64,000 nucleotides of DNA from Thermoplasmatota archaeon (GCA_029762535.1 JARVGK010000002.1:73603-137602); one strand, 5' to 3'. Counted from the first letter of the stretch, positions 8,560 through 17,319 are shown. Numbers and translations are program-made. Notes: generated by a model from the letters alone, not told the origin.

Positions 8560-9942
8560 TTATGTTTCGTGAGGGGGAGTCTCATCCACCACTAACTCAT
8601 ACCAGACATTGTTCCCACCGCCCTTTTTCACAATCTTGCCTTCCCTGATAAGTTCATTCAGGTCACGGAGGGCGGTGCCTCTGTGAATAGAGAAATGATA
8701 TTCAATGTCTTCTGCCATTATTCTCTCTTTAGCTTCAATAAAGTCCATAATCCACTTCAATCGATTTCCTTTGCGTTTGTTCCGCATTTGTATCTGTTCT
8801 TTGTCCGTTCTGTGCCCGATTTCCTTCGGTTCAGCTTCGGATTTGCTTCGGATGTCACGATGGAAGACGGCACTGAAAAAAGAACCAATCTCAAAATCGA
8901 TTCCGAGATCGTACTCTTTCATCGATTTTCTCATCCTTTTAATGCCGGAGCCAGCTTTTTCCACCAGACCAAGTCTGTGAACCATGTCAGTTAAGAGAGG
9001 GTTTCTCTGAGCACTCCGTTTCCCCAGGTCTTCTTCCGGAAACAACAGCTTTCCCGGGTTCACTATTTCCACCCGCTCGGGGCTGATGTGTACCTGGATG
9101 TTCGAGGAATAGAGATAATCCCTGTGTATCATTGCGTTTATGATGGCCTCCCGCAGGGCATCTTTCGGAAGCTCCAGCTTCGCGGTATGTTTCAGGCCGT
9201 CGATGATTATGGCAGTGTTCAGCTTTGACAGAAGATAATTGTTGGCGTCGTTCAGATTGGTGGCGAAGTCTACAGAGAATTCCTTCGAGTCTATGATATC
9301 GATCTGCTCTTTATCGGCATACAGGAAGCAGGCCACCGTCGCATTGGGGAAATGTGATTTTACGTCCTTGGAAAAGAACAGAACGCCGCAGTTGTTCAGC
9401 TTTCCATTGGTCAGCAGGTTCAGGTTGCTCAGAATATGCTCTTTCGACAGGTCGCCGTCCAGCCCTGCTTCCTTCCGGAATCTGGCAAACGCGTCTTCTG
9501 AGAAATCCCGGTCTTTGAAATCAATGGTGTTTCTCTCGAAGGAGATGAGGTTCTCCTTCTGGAACAGTTCCCTAATCTCGTCCCTGTTCAGCTACTGGGA
9601 ATTGGCGCCGTACCTCAGATAGAAGTGGCCGTTCACGGTGTAGGGCTTGTCCTTCCCTTCCGAGACGTATATCACCACCATATCTCTAACCTGCTCGATC
9701 CGGGCATTGAAGGCGGGGTTCATGTTCCTGGCGATGTCTTGGATCTTCGACCTGTCGGAATTGGTCAGCTTGTAGCCTTTTATATCACCGGTCCTATCCT
9801 CAACACCGATTATTATCTTACCGCCGGAGGAGTTGGCAAAAGCACAGATGTCCTTTTCGATGGTACTGCTCAGCGACTCCTTCAGCTCGATGGTGTAGCC
9901 CTCACCGGTTTTCACGACATCAACAAGTTCTTCGTAGTTCAT
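8560..9942 (-). CDS. AlbA_2 (Schlafen-like DNA-binding) + HATPase_c_4 protein, interrupted by one in-frame TAG at 9592-9594
   Basis: ORFs 9592..9942 (AlbA_2-type N-terminus) and 8560..9336 (HATPase_c_4-type C-terminus) are in the same frame (9594-9336 = 258 = 86x3). Manual read-through gives ...GANSQ*LNRDEIRELFQKENLIS... with no other disruption. Confidence 0.6.
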
Positions 9943-10076
9943 ATCTCAACCCCGAGTTGTTCTTCCATCATGATCTCGAACTGCCTTGAGATTAGCAACC
10001 CCTTCTTCTTGCAATGCTCTTTGTATTTGTCGTATAGATCGGAATCCACGCTCAAAGTGACGTTTCTTGACGGCAT
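9939..10076 (-). CDS. ribbon-helix-helix (CopG/Arc-like) small regulator, 45 aa
   Basis: Manual translation: MPSRNVTLSVDSDLYDKYKEHCKKKGLLISRQFEIMMEEQLGVEI. Its TGA overlaps the ATG of the downstream AlbA gene (ATGA). It lies below the 60-aa ORF-track cutoff. Confidence 0.6.
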   Translation of the reverse strand: MPSRNVTLSVDSDLYDKYKEHCKKKGLLISRQFEIMMEEQLGVEI

Positions 10077-10107
10077 GTTATCACATTCACAGGTAAATGT
10101 CTGCATT

Positions 10108-10120
10108 GTTATTTAAATGT
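10108..10120 (-). promoter_or_regulatory. putative archaeal TATA box for the RHH-AlbA operon
   Basis: Minus-strand ATTTAAATA about 35-40 nt upstream of the RHH ATG. Confidence 0.3.
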
Positions 10121-10304
10121 GTATGATCCGTAACCCACCCTCACTCCGGTTATTGAAAATTTAAATCGAGAGTTAGCGAGCCATTTAATGTGTGTTATGC
10201 CTGGTTGCGTAGCAACCGAGTATCTGTTTCTTCTGGTGTTTCGTTAAACGAAGCCAAGCCCGTTTCTGGTGGTTCAGGTTCCACGATTAAAAGGAGGGGA
10301 AAAT

Positions 10305-10480
10305 TAGGATTTTCGGATAACGGACGCGGCTAACCGAAGTTCGTGGGGAGAAGGTGCTTTAGCACCCGAAGCCTTAAAATGAGGTCGAGGCTTCGGTTCC
10401 GAAAATCATCCTGCCGCCGTAGTTTTTTCTTGCTCTGTTTTTATTCATCTTTTCGTTATCCGTCGTGGGGGGTGTTCCGG
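10305..10480. repeat. structured repeat element (island family)
   Basis: Begins TTCGGATAACGGACGCGG. Hairpin GAAGGTGCTTTAGCACCC. Ends with the conserved tail CCGTAGTTTTTTCTTGCTCTGTTTTTATTCATC...GTGGGGGGTGTTCCGG. Confidence 0.5.
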
Positions 10481-10662
10481 TATTCTCTATTCTGCTTGTT
10501 TTTTTCCAAAATGCCTCAATACTCGTATGCTTCATATAATCTCCCAGCGTCCTTCCTTTCGACCGCCCGTGCGTCTGAGCAAACCATCGGATTGCAGTTT
10601 TTGGATGTTTCGTTCTATTGATCGTTCAGTAACTCCTATAAGAGAAGCCAGTTCAGGAATTG

Positions 10663-11940
10663 TTATTGTGTCGTTCTTTTCGATCTCCTGCAATATCTTT
10701 CCTGACGTTTTTCCAACGCTTTCCCGACGCTTTCTCTGGCGATTCCTGTATATAAAAGCGGAATCGCGGTAGTGAATACCGGTCCATCCATATACTTTGG
10801 AACGCCGTCGGGCGTGTAATGAGGTAGATACTTCCCGATATTCATCATCCCGGATCCAATTTCTTCCACCCAGCTCAGTTGTGCAAAGAACTTTGCAATA
10901 ACGGGATTCTTGGAGAAGGGCACCACTTTTTCGGGGTCAAGGACTCCCTCGACCCTGTAGTTGCTTGCGTTAGTGGTTTCTACACGATCTTTGTAAATTA
11001 TCAATCGGGCTGGATGGGCGTTCATGTATTCGCGATGCACCAGAAAATTAGCAATAACTTCCCGGAATATCTTATCGCGTAGACTTATCCTAGCGTCTCC
11101 TTCCAGGTAAAATGGGTCTGGAAGATGTTTGGCAATAAAGGCCATGAGCCGGTCGTATGCTTCAATGAGATTGCAATCTATACGGTCGCGGTCGTCATAA
11201 TGGTCCATCTGAACCCGGCGAACCATGGCATCGATCTTGTAATGAGGTAAAACACTCCGTATGGTCTCGTCTTTTCCCAGTAGCAGGATGGCAGCAAGGG
11301 TATAGCCCTCATTCCCGGTTTCCTGATCCTTTCTGAAAAGCCCGGCCTTGAGCAACAGCTGCTCATCGTCCAATTCTCTCCACGGATGATTCGGTCCACG
11401 GGTTAATATGAGATTACGAAGCCTGGGCAGCATGTCCAAACGCAAATCGTCAAGAGTTGTGGCAGAATAAATTATGTTCTCGGTGTATGTCGCCCGCTTC
11501 CGGTTACTAATCTCCGCGATCCGGTGGGGCTGGGTCACACGGAAATCGCCATCATTGCTTCGGTCGAAGACAACACCGTTGGTTTTATGCACCTAGGAAC
11601 TAGCAGGCACTGAAATATGCATGATCTTCTTTCCATCAAGAACATGTATAACGGGATGGAGGATGAACGGCGGATCCAGCTTTTGAGTATTATTGGAAAG
11701 ATTGACCATATCTGTTTTCATCTTATCGATGGATTGCGGATCGATTCCCAATACCCTTCCTTGATCATCAACTCCGAGAAGAATGTCTCCTCCGTCCCGG
11801 TTCAGCATTGCACATATTGTTTCGAATAAACTCGTGGGAAGAGATTTTCTTGCTTCCTTGTATTCTACCCGGATACCCTCGCCCATTGCAAGCAGATGTT
11901 TAAGGCGAATTTGCATCGGGTCACTTTGCATTTTTCTCAT
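10663..11940 (-). CDS. AlbA_2 + HATPase_c_4 protein (paralog), interrupted by an in-frame TAG at 11593-11595 that is immediately followed by GTG
   Basis: ORF 11593..11940 ends ...HISVPASS. It is followed by TAG, then in frame by GTG CAT AAA (VHKTNGVVFDRS...), which continues ORF 10663..11592. Confidence 0.6.
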
Positions 11941-12070
11941 CCTCTTTCATCTGTTCTTCCATCATGATCTCGAACTGTCTTGATATGAGCCAACCTTTCC
12001 TTTTACAGTAATCTCTGTATTTATTATAGAGATTTTCATCGAACCTTAAAGTAACGTTCTTTGAAGGCAT
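11921..12070 (-). CDS. ribbon-helix-helix small regulator, 49 aa (paralog)
   Basis: MPSKNVTLRFDENLYNKYRDYCKRKGWLISRQFEIMMEEQMKEDEKNAK. Overlaps the start of AlbA gene 2 by 20 nt. Confidence 0.55.
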   Translation of the reverse strand: MPSKNVTLRFDENLYNKYRDYCKRKGWLISRQFEIMMEEQMKEDEKNAK

Positions 12071-12101
12071 TTTAATCACTCACTGCACATACTTACAAAT
12101 G

Positions 12102-12112
12102 CATATAAATGC
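12102..12112 (-). promoter_or_regulatory. putative TATA box for the second RHH-AlbA operon
   Basis: Minus-strand TTTATAT about 30 nt upstream of the RHH ATG. Confidence 0.3.
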
Positions 12113-12139
12113 ATCATTTTTGTTATATGACACCCCCCC

Positions 12140-12445
12140 CACGCCCGTTGAGCAAGAAAAATTTGGGTGAGCGGAGCGAACCATTTAACCGGTGTTATAC
12201 TGGGTTGCGAAGCAATCTGGCACATGTCGTTATTCTCTTTTCGTGTGGGTTAAACGAAGGCGGCAGGAATAGATGATTTTCGCTTGTCTGGCCAATGCCG
12301 GGAGACGAAAAATTTCATTTAACGGACGCGACTATGCGAAGTTGCGTAGCGAAGCGGAGCAATTTGGGTCGAGCGAAGTGCAACGAGCGAGCCGTATAGT
12401 CGCGAGTTATCCGATCCGAGCTATGCGAGGATGAGCATCTTTGAT
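12140..12445. repeat. structured repeat elements (two units)
   Basis: 12150-12200 carries AAATTTGGGTGAGCGGAGCGAACC. 12290-12440 carries TTTAACGGACGCGACTATGCGAAGT...AATTTGGGTCGAGCGAAGTGCAACGAGCGAGCCGTATAGTCGCGAGTTATCCG. About 100 nt are near-identical to the 13185-13290 copy. Confidence 0.65.
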
Positions 12446-12458
12446 GCGAACGTCGGGT

Positions 12459-12881
12459 TCAGTGGTTTTTATTAGCTATATTAAAGAGTTCTTTCGTCGA
12501 GAATCTCTTTAATTTGTCCTGTCTATCAAAATCCTTATCTTCAGTCCATATCCCACTTGCCTTAACCGCCAAACCTAAAGCTAGAAAGGGCGTATCTTTA
12601 ATATCGATATCTTTCATGATTTCTTCAGCGAGTTCAAGATGATCTATGAATACATCCGATGGAATCAATTCGATTCTCTCGAGAATTGATAATAATATGA
12701 TGTCAAATTCTCTATCGGTTAACTTTGATTTTTCGATTAGGTAATGTCGATATTTTTCTATCTCTGTTATTACGTAATCTGGAGCAATAAAATTGAACTC
12801 CTCATTGAAGATGATCTTTCTTGTTTGTGAATCTTTGATCAATCCAGCCATGATTCTATTTGAATCTATGACCATCTTCAT
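12459..12881 (-). CDS. PIN-domain protein (VapC-like toxin)
   Basis: 140 aa. Begins MKMVIDSNRIMAG, with the first PIN Asp in the D-S-N context, plus later acidic residues. Overlaps the antitoxin gene by 4 nt. Confidence 0.6.
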   Translation of the reverse strand: MKMVIDSNRIMAGLIKDSQTRKIIFNEEFNFIAPDYVITEIEKYRHYLIEKSKLTDREFDIILLSILERIELIPSDVFIDHLELAEEIMKDIDIKDTPFLALGLAVKASGIWTEDKDFDRQDKLKRFSTKELFNIANKNH

Positions 12882-13111
12882 GCGGATTGCTTCCTTTTGT
12901 AATGTTTGTAGATGCCTTCTTTGACCTTTTCATCGAGAGCCATGACTTCTTCTTCAGTCAGTTCGCTCTCTTGAGTCAAAGAGTCAAGCAATGCCAACTT
13001 CTTTGCATAATCGGATATTGCCCTTCTAGCAATCTCGCTCCATCTGATCTCGCTGTGTTGTTTCATGATCACATGAATATCTGAAGGTACCGATAGGGTT
13101 ATGTTGGGCAT
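12878..13111 (-). CDS. antitoxin-like small protein (partner of PIN toxin)
   Basis: 77 aa, immediately upstream of and overlapping the PIN gene. The N-terminus MPNITLSVPSDIHVIMKQ is beta-strand like. Confidence 0.5.
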   Translation of the reverse strand: MPNITLSVPSDIHVIMKQHSEIRWSEIARRAISDYAKKLALLDSLTQESELTEEEVMALDEKVKEGIYKHYKRKQSA

Positions 13112-13184
13112 ATGATTACCACACAGGCATATGTGATATCACATATTTATTAATTGCCGTAACCACTGAACCCGATGTCGGATA

Positions 13185-13345
13185 ACGGACGCGACTATGC
13201 GAAGTTGCGTAGCGAAGCGGAGCAATTTGGGTCGAGCGAAGTGCAACGAGCGAGCCGTATGAGCGCGAGTTAAGTTCCCCGAGCCGAAGTTATCCGTAAG
13301 GATAACGTAGGCGAGAGCGCAGCGTGGTCCGGAGTTATCGAAGAT
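13185..13345. repeat. structured repeat element
   Basis: GGATAACGGACGCGACTATGCGAAGT...AATTTGGGTCGAGCG...CCGTATGAGCGCGAGTTAAGT. Followed by GAAGTTATCCGTAAGGATAACG and the tail GGCGAGAGCGCAGCGTGGTCCGGAGTTATCGAAGATAACG. Confidence 0.65.
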
Positions 13346-13370
13346 AACGACGGAAGTTGACCAGGATCAA

Positions 13371-13541
13371 TTAAGAAAACAATATCAAATATACAATGAA
13401 TATCAGTATTATACTAAGGAGAATATAAAAGGGAATACTCTTGCCTTTTTTTGCTAAATAGATTAATAACCCTATAATAGCAAGGATAAATGAAAGAAGA
13501 CAACATCCCGGAATTAATAAAAAATATGTTGGCATTCCCAT
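13371..13541 (-). CDS. small hydrophobic protein, 56 aa, two predicted TM segments
   Basis: Manual translation: MGMPTYFLLIPGCCLLSFILAIIGLLIYLAKKGKSIPFYILLSIILIFIVYLILFS. GGAG lies 8 nt upstream of the ATG. It sits in an AT-rich slot between two repeat elements. Confidence 0.35.
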   Translation of the reverse strand: MGMPTYFLLIPGCCLLSFILAIIGLLIYLAKKGKSIPFYILLSIILIFIVYLILFS

Positions 13542-13571
13542 TAATATTCTCCTGTAAAAATGCTGGTCAAT

Positions 13572-13740
13572 TGAACTTAACGGACGCGACTATGCGAAGT
13601 TTGCGAACGTAGTGAGCAAATTTGGGTGAGGGGCGGGCCGAGCCCCGAACCGCATAGTGGCGTGTTATTCGCCCCGAGCCGTAGGCGAGAGCGCAGCGTG
13701 GTCCGAAGTTATCCGAAGGATAACGAAGGAAGTTGAGGGG
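13572..13740. repeat. structured repeat element
   Basis: CTTAACGGACGCGACTATGCGAAGT...AAATTTGGGTGAGGGGCGGGCCGAGCCCCGAACCGCATAGTGGCGTGTTAT. The tail is GGCGAGAGCGCAGCGTGGTCCGAAGTTATCCGAAGGATAACGAAGGAAGTTGA. Confidence 0.65.
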
Positions 13741-13742
13741 GT

Positions 13743-14141
13743 CTAATGCCCGGATAAGAATTCGGAAGATTGAATGATCCTCACGCTATCATATTGCTTG
13801 ATCTTCAGTAAATGATTATCTCCCGAAATGATATATTCAGCCTTTCCTAAAATTGCTGTTTCCAAGACCATGTTATCCTTTGGATCATCTTCGATGACAT
13901 ATAGAGAATCTGTTATGAAAACGAGATCAGACATCAAGATCAAACTTTGAATGAAAGCATGGATCTTATCATCCGGGACATGGAACTTTTTTCGAAGAAC
14001 CATCTCAGTTTCTGAAAGAATCTGTTCGGAGGTGACAGATCTTATTTTTCCTGACTTGCATCTTGTCAATAATGACCTTTCATTCCCATTCCAGAAAAAG
14101 CCAGAGATGAGAATGTTCGAATCAAGGACTATCCGGACCAA
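13743..14141 (-). CDS. PIN-domain protein (VapC-like toxin)
   Basis: 132 aa. MVRIVLDSNILISG is a classic PIN N-terminus. Ends at TAG. Confidence 0.6.
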   Translation of the reverse strand: MVRIVLDSNILISGFFWNGNERSLLTRCKSGKIRSVTSEQILSETEMVLRKKFHVPDDKIHAFIQSLILMSDLVFITDSLYVIEDDPKDNMVLETAILGKAEYIISGDNHLLKIKQYDSVRIIQSSEFLSGH

Positions 14142-14144
14142 AGA

Positions 14145-14429
14145 TCAATTCTCCTTGGATCTGATTTCCTTTATTGCTTTAAGTACATCTGATTTCTTTA
14201 ACATCTTCTCCTTGGCGAAATCACTTCCCCAATGGAGAAGATTTTGGAAATCCTCATCGGTGGGGATGTCGATCTTTTTCAGGACTATCGTTTCGTTCTC
14301 TCCATACATGGCAAAGAACTCACCGGGTTTGAATCCGAGGAGTTCGCGAAGGTCTTTCGGTATCACGATCTGCCCTTTGGAGGAGAGCCTTGTGATGGTT
14401 ACTTCGGACATGGTAATAAGTAAGACCAT
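14145..14429 (-). CDS. AbrB/MazE/SpoVT-family antitoxin
   Basis: 94 aa. The swapped-hairpin motif is SSKGQIVIPKDLRELLGFKPGE. Directly upstream of the PIN gene. Confidence 0.6.
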   Translation of the reverse strand: MVLLITMSEVTITRLSSKGQIVIPKDLRELLGFKPGEFFAMYGENETIVLKKIDIPTDEDFQNLLHWGSDFAKEKMLKKSDVLKAIKEIRSKEN

Positions 14430-14469
14430 CTTACTATTTCATTTTTTCGGGTACTTGTAGACGATCACA

Positions 14470-14715
14470 TTAAACCCCCGAAATTGCGAATAACGTCCTG
14501 GGGATATGGGAAGTTGGCCGAAGGCCAATTTGGGTGAAGGGTCTGCAAGACCCGTAACCTCATATCCCCATGTTATCTTCCCCGAGCGATAGCGAGAGTG
14601 CAACGGGGTCGAGGCACGAAGTGCCGAAGAAGTTTGAAACCCTGCCGTAAATTCCGTTGTTGCCGTAGTTTTTTCTTACTCTATTCATCGTTCACGTTCT
14701 CCGTGGGGGTGTTCC
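14470..14715. repeat. structured repeat element
   Basis: Stem TCCTGGGGATATGGGAAGT...CCTCATATCCCCATGTTAT. Apex CCAATTTGGGTGAAGGGTCTGCAAGACCCGTAACC. Conserved tail ...CCGTAGTTTTTTCTTACTCTATTCATCGTTCACGTTCTCCGTGGGGGTGTTCCG. Confidence 0.6.
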
Positions 14716-14720
14716 GTTTA

Positions 14721-17318
14721 TCATGCTTTCAACTCTAATTTTTCATTAAATGCTCCAATGAAATTTGTTTTCAGATCTTCATTGTAGAATGGAAGCCCGA
14801 TAATTTTGTATTTCGTATTTTCTGCCAGTATCTCGATTTGATAATTTCCTTCAATGTTTGTTAGGAATTGCTGTTTCCAGTCATCTTTTTCAAGTAAGTG
14901 ACTTCCTTTCGGTTCGATGAAAACCTGGTAATAGAGAATTTGTTTGGTTTTTTTCTCTTTTAAGAATAGGACAAAATCTGGTTCAAGAGAATTTCCATCT
15001 GAAAAGCGATAAAGCTGGAAAATTTTCTGGTTTCTAAGTAGATATATATCTGAATATCTTTTTTGTAATTTATCAATTGCATCGTTTATGAATCTTACAA
15101 AGTATTTCTCTTCTGATGTTCCATAATTTTCTTCATATACATACCAGTCCTTGTTTTTTAGGTCTAATCGTAAATCTAGTTTTAGAGTTTCACTCATCCC
15201 AATACCGATTTCTTTGTCAGATGTGTCATTTACTGCGATATTGATTATTTTGTCTTCTACTAAATCTTTAATTTTGCTTGCTTTGAATAATATAGTCCCG
15301 ACATATTCAGTATAACCAGATTCGATATTGCTTTGAAGTTTCTTCAAAACCTCTGTACATATTTCCAGTTTATCATCACAATTGAGTGAATCTAATTTTG
15401 TAATTGAAGTCGTTACCTCTACCTGAACATCTTTTAAAGCTTCAATGAACTTGCTGATAGATTTTGATTTAGGGAAATATTTTTTCAGGTTATTAAATTT
15501 GTAAAAATCCAACCTGGTTAGAGATTTTCGCATAATTTGAATTCCGAAGTCGTTCAGTTTAAAAATCTTTGATCTTTTCTCTTCAACATCTTTCTTCTTT
15601 TCCCCGTTGAATATAGTAGAATCTCTAACATATCCTGTTCTGAGACCAATTTTATACAATTTATCGATGTCCAAATCTGATATATCCTTGATTTTAGTTC
15701 TATCTGATTTTTTCTTTTCGTTGATGAATATCAGGCCATTAGACCAAAAATCTGATTTCTTAAACCCATCTTTGACTTTCAAATGGATTTCTCGCTTTTC
15801 CGGTGGCATGATGCCAGATTCCACCAAAGCTGTAGTCAATTCTTGAATGTATCTTGGGTTATGGGCACTGTGGTAATAAAGCTCTTCAAGAATTTTCAAC
15901 TCGTTGTTTGGTTCCTCATCGTATTTTCTCTTGAATCGCTCCTGTTCATCTGTTATTGTGAAAGGAAAATATCTAGCGCCTCTCCCGATAAGTTGGGCTT
16001 CTGCGATGGTCGTTTTACCAGGCTTCCCTGCTTTTGCATCTCTAGTATCATAAAGTCTTACAATGTCAAATAGATTGAGAACATCCCAACCTTCGTTAAG
16101 CATACCGACTGCAAAAACAACCCGAATTTCGTTATCTTTATCCTCAAGCGAATTAACTAGTAACTGTTTCTTTTCACTCTCACTTTTAGAATTGACTGAT
16201 AAACACTTATTCTCATGAAATTCTTCTTTAATCTCTGATACCAAATTCTCCAATGTAATGTCATTTTCTTCAAAATAATTAAAAGCCGTATTAAGAATCG
16301 ATTTTTGTTCAACATTGTTTTTTATTTTTGATATGTCGCTAATTTTCAAGGATTTGATCTTTTTCTTAAATTCATCTTCAATAGTGGTAGATTCATCAAT
16401 GGTTCTGGATTTCAACAGGATTACTGGCTTAATAAATTTCTTATGCTTTTCTGCAATCTTTCGTCTATATTGACTTAGGATGACTGACTGTAATGTCCTT
16501 TCTATTGGCTTTAAATCTGCCTCCATCACTTTGACTTCCTTTGAATACCCGTCTAATCTAAACTGTTTTAATGAGTAATCATAGATTATTTTACTATCGT
16601 ATTTATCTCTAATTGCTGGATGACTCAAATCAACGGTGGCGGTATACTCCAGCATGATATTTCCCAGGTTTGAATTGAAGATATTATTTACGGTATGTTC
16701 CCAGGTAGTTTTGGCTAATTTTTCTTCCTTACCCAATTTATTCTTTGTCCAAGCATTGATATGGTGGGCTTCATCGGAAATGATTACGATTTTTTTATCC
16801 TTGAAGTCCTCGTAAGTCATGCTGTTCTCGCGCGGGGTATTCATGAAACAGTGAAGCCCCTGGATTGTGGTAAAATGGATATTGATCGCATCAGGGTTAG
16901 CACCCTCGAAATTTTCTACCGGACTAATGAAAACCTCTTTTTCTCCAAATTTTATGTGTTCGTTGAACAGATATTTTGATGAAAGTAGATTTAAGAAATT
17001 ATCTTTAGTCTTTTCTATGATGTTGGTACTATTCACAAAGAAAAGAAAATTCCGATAACCTTTCTCATAAAGATAGAGAATATTGGCGGCCATCAATAAT
17101 GTTTTTCCGCTTCCAGTGGCCATGTGAAACAGCAATTGCGTTGGTTTGATTCTCCTTTTATCTTTTTCATAATTATAAATGAATCTGCGTATAGCTTCCA
17201 GTTGATATTCTCTCAATTCAAACAAATGATTCAGATTATTTGTAATATTGTCTGGAATCTCAGTACCCAGCAAGCCCTGTTCTGAAAGAACATCATACGT
17301 TTCCTTCAAAGTGGGCAT
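14721..17318 (-). CDS. Type III restriction-modification system restriction subunit (Res; SF2 helicase-nuclease)
   Basis: 865 aa. Helicase motifs LREYQ..., MATGSGKT, VISDEAHH. Positioned immediately downstream of the mod gene, with only a 1-nt gap. Confidence 0.7.
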   Translation of the reverse strand: MPTLKETYDVLSEQGLLGTEIPDNITNNLNHLFELREYQLEAIRRFIYNYEKDKRRIKPTQLLFHMATGSGKTLLMAANILYLYEKGYRNFLFFVNSTNIIEKTKDNFLNLLSSKYLFNEHIKFGEKEVFISPVENFEGANPDAINIHFTTIQGLHCFMNTPRENSMTYEDFKDKKIVIISDEAHHINAWTKNKLGKEEKLAKTTWEHTVNNIFNSNLGNIMLEYTATVDLSHPAIRDKYDSKIIYDYSLKQFRLDGYSKEVKVMEADLKPIERTLQSVILSQYRRKIAEKHKKFIKPVILLKSRTIDESTTIEDEFKKKIKSLKISDISKIKNNVEQKSILNTAFNYFEENDITLENLVSEIKEEFHENKCLSVNSKSESEKKQLLVNSLEDKDNEIRVVFAVGMLNEGWDVLNLFDIVRLYDTRDAKAGKPGKTTIAEAQLIGRGARYFPFTITDEQERFKRKYDEEPNNELKILEELYYHSAHNPRYIQELTTALVESGIMPPEKREIHLKVKDGFKKSDFWSNGLIFINEKKKSDRTKIKDISDLDIDKLYKIGLRTGYVRDSTIFNGEKKKDVEEKRSKIFKLNDFGIQIMRKSLTRLDFYKFNNLKKYFPKSKSISKFIEALKDVQVEVTTSITKLDSLNCDDKLEICTEVLKKLQSNIESGYTEYVGTILFKASKIKDLVEDKIINIAVNDTSDKEIGIGMSETLKLDLRLDLKNKDWYVYEENYGTSEEKYFVRFINDAIDKLQKRYSDIYLLRNQKIFQLYRFSDGNSLEPDFVLFLKEKKTKQILYYQVFIEPKGSHLLEKDDWKQQFLTNIEGNYQIEILAENTKYKIIGLPFYNEDLKTNFIGAFNEKLELKA

Positions 17319-17319
17319 G

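Noticed and set aside
12290-13330. Interpreting the structured repeats as canonical attC sites
   Set aside because: Only some copies show GTTRRRY/RYYYAAC-like ends. The elements are longer (about 100-250 nt) and carry an extra conserved apex (AATTTGGGTGAG) plus a separate GTTATCC/GGATAAC palindrome. They are reported as attC-like in position and structural logic only.
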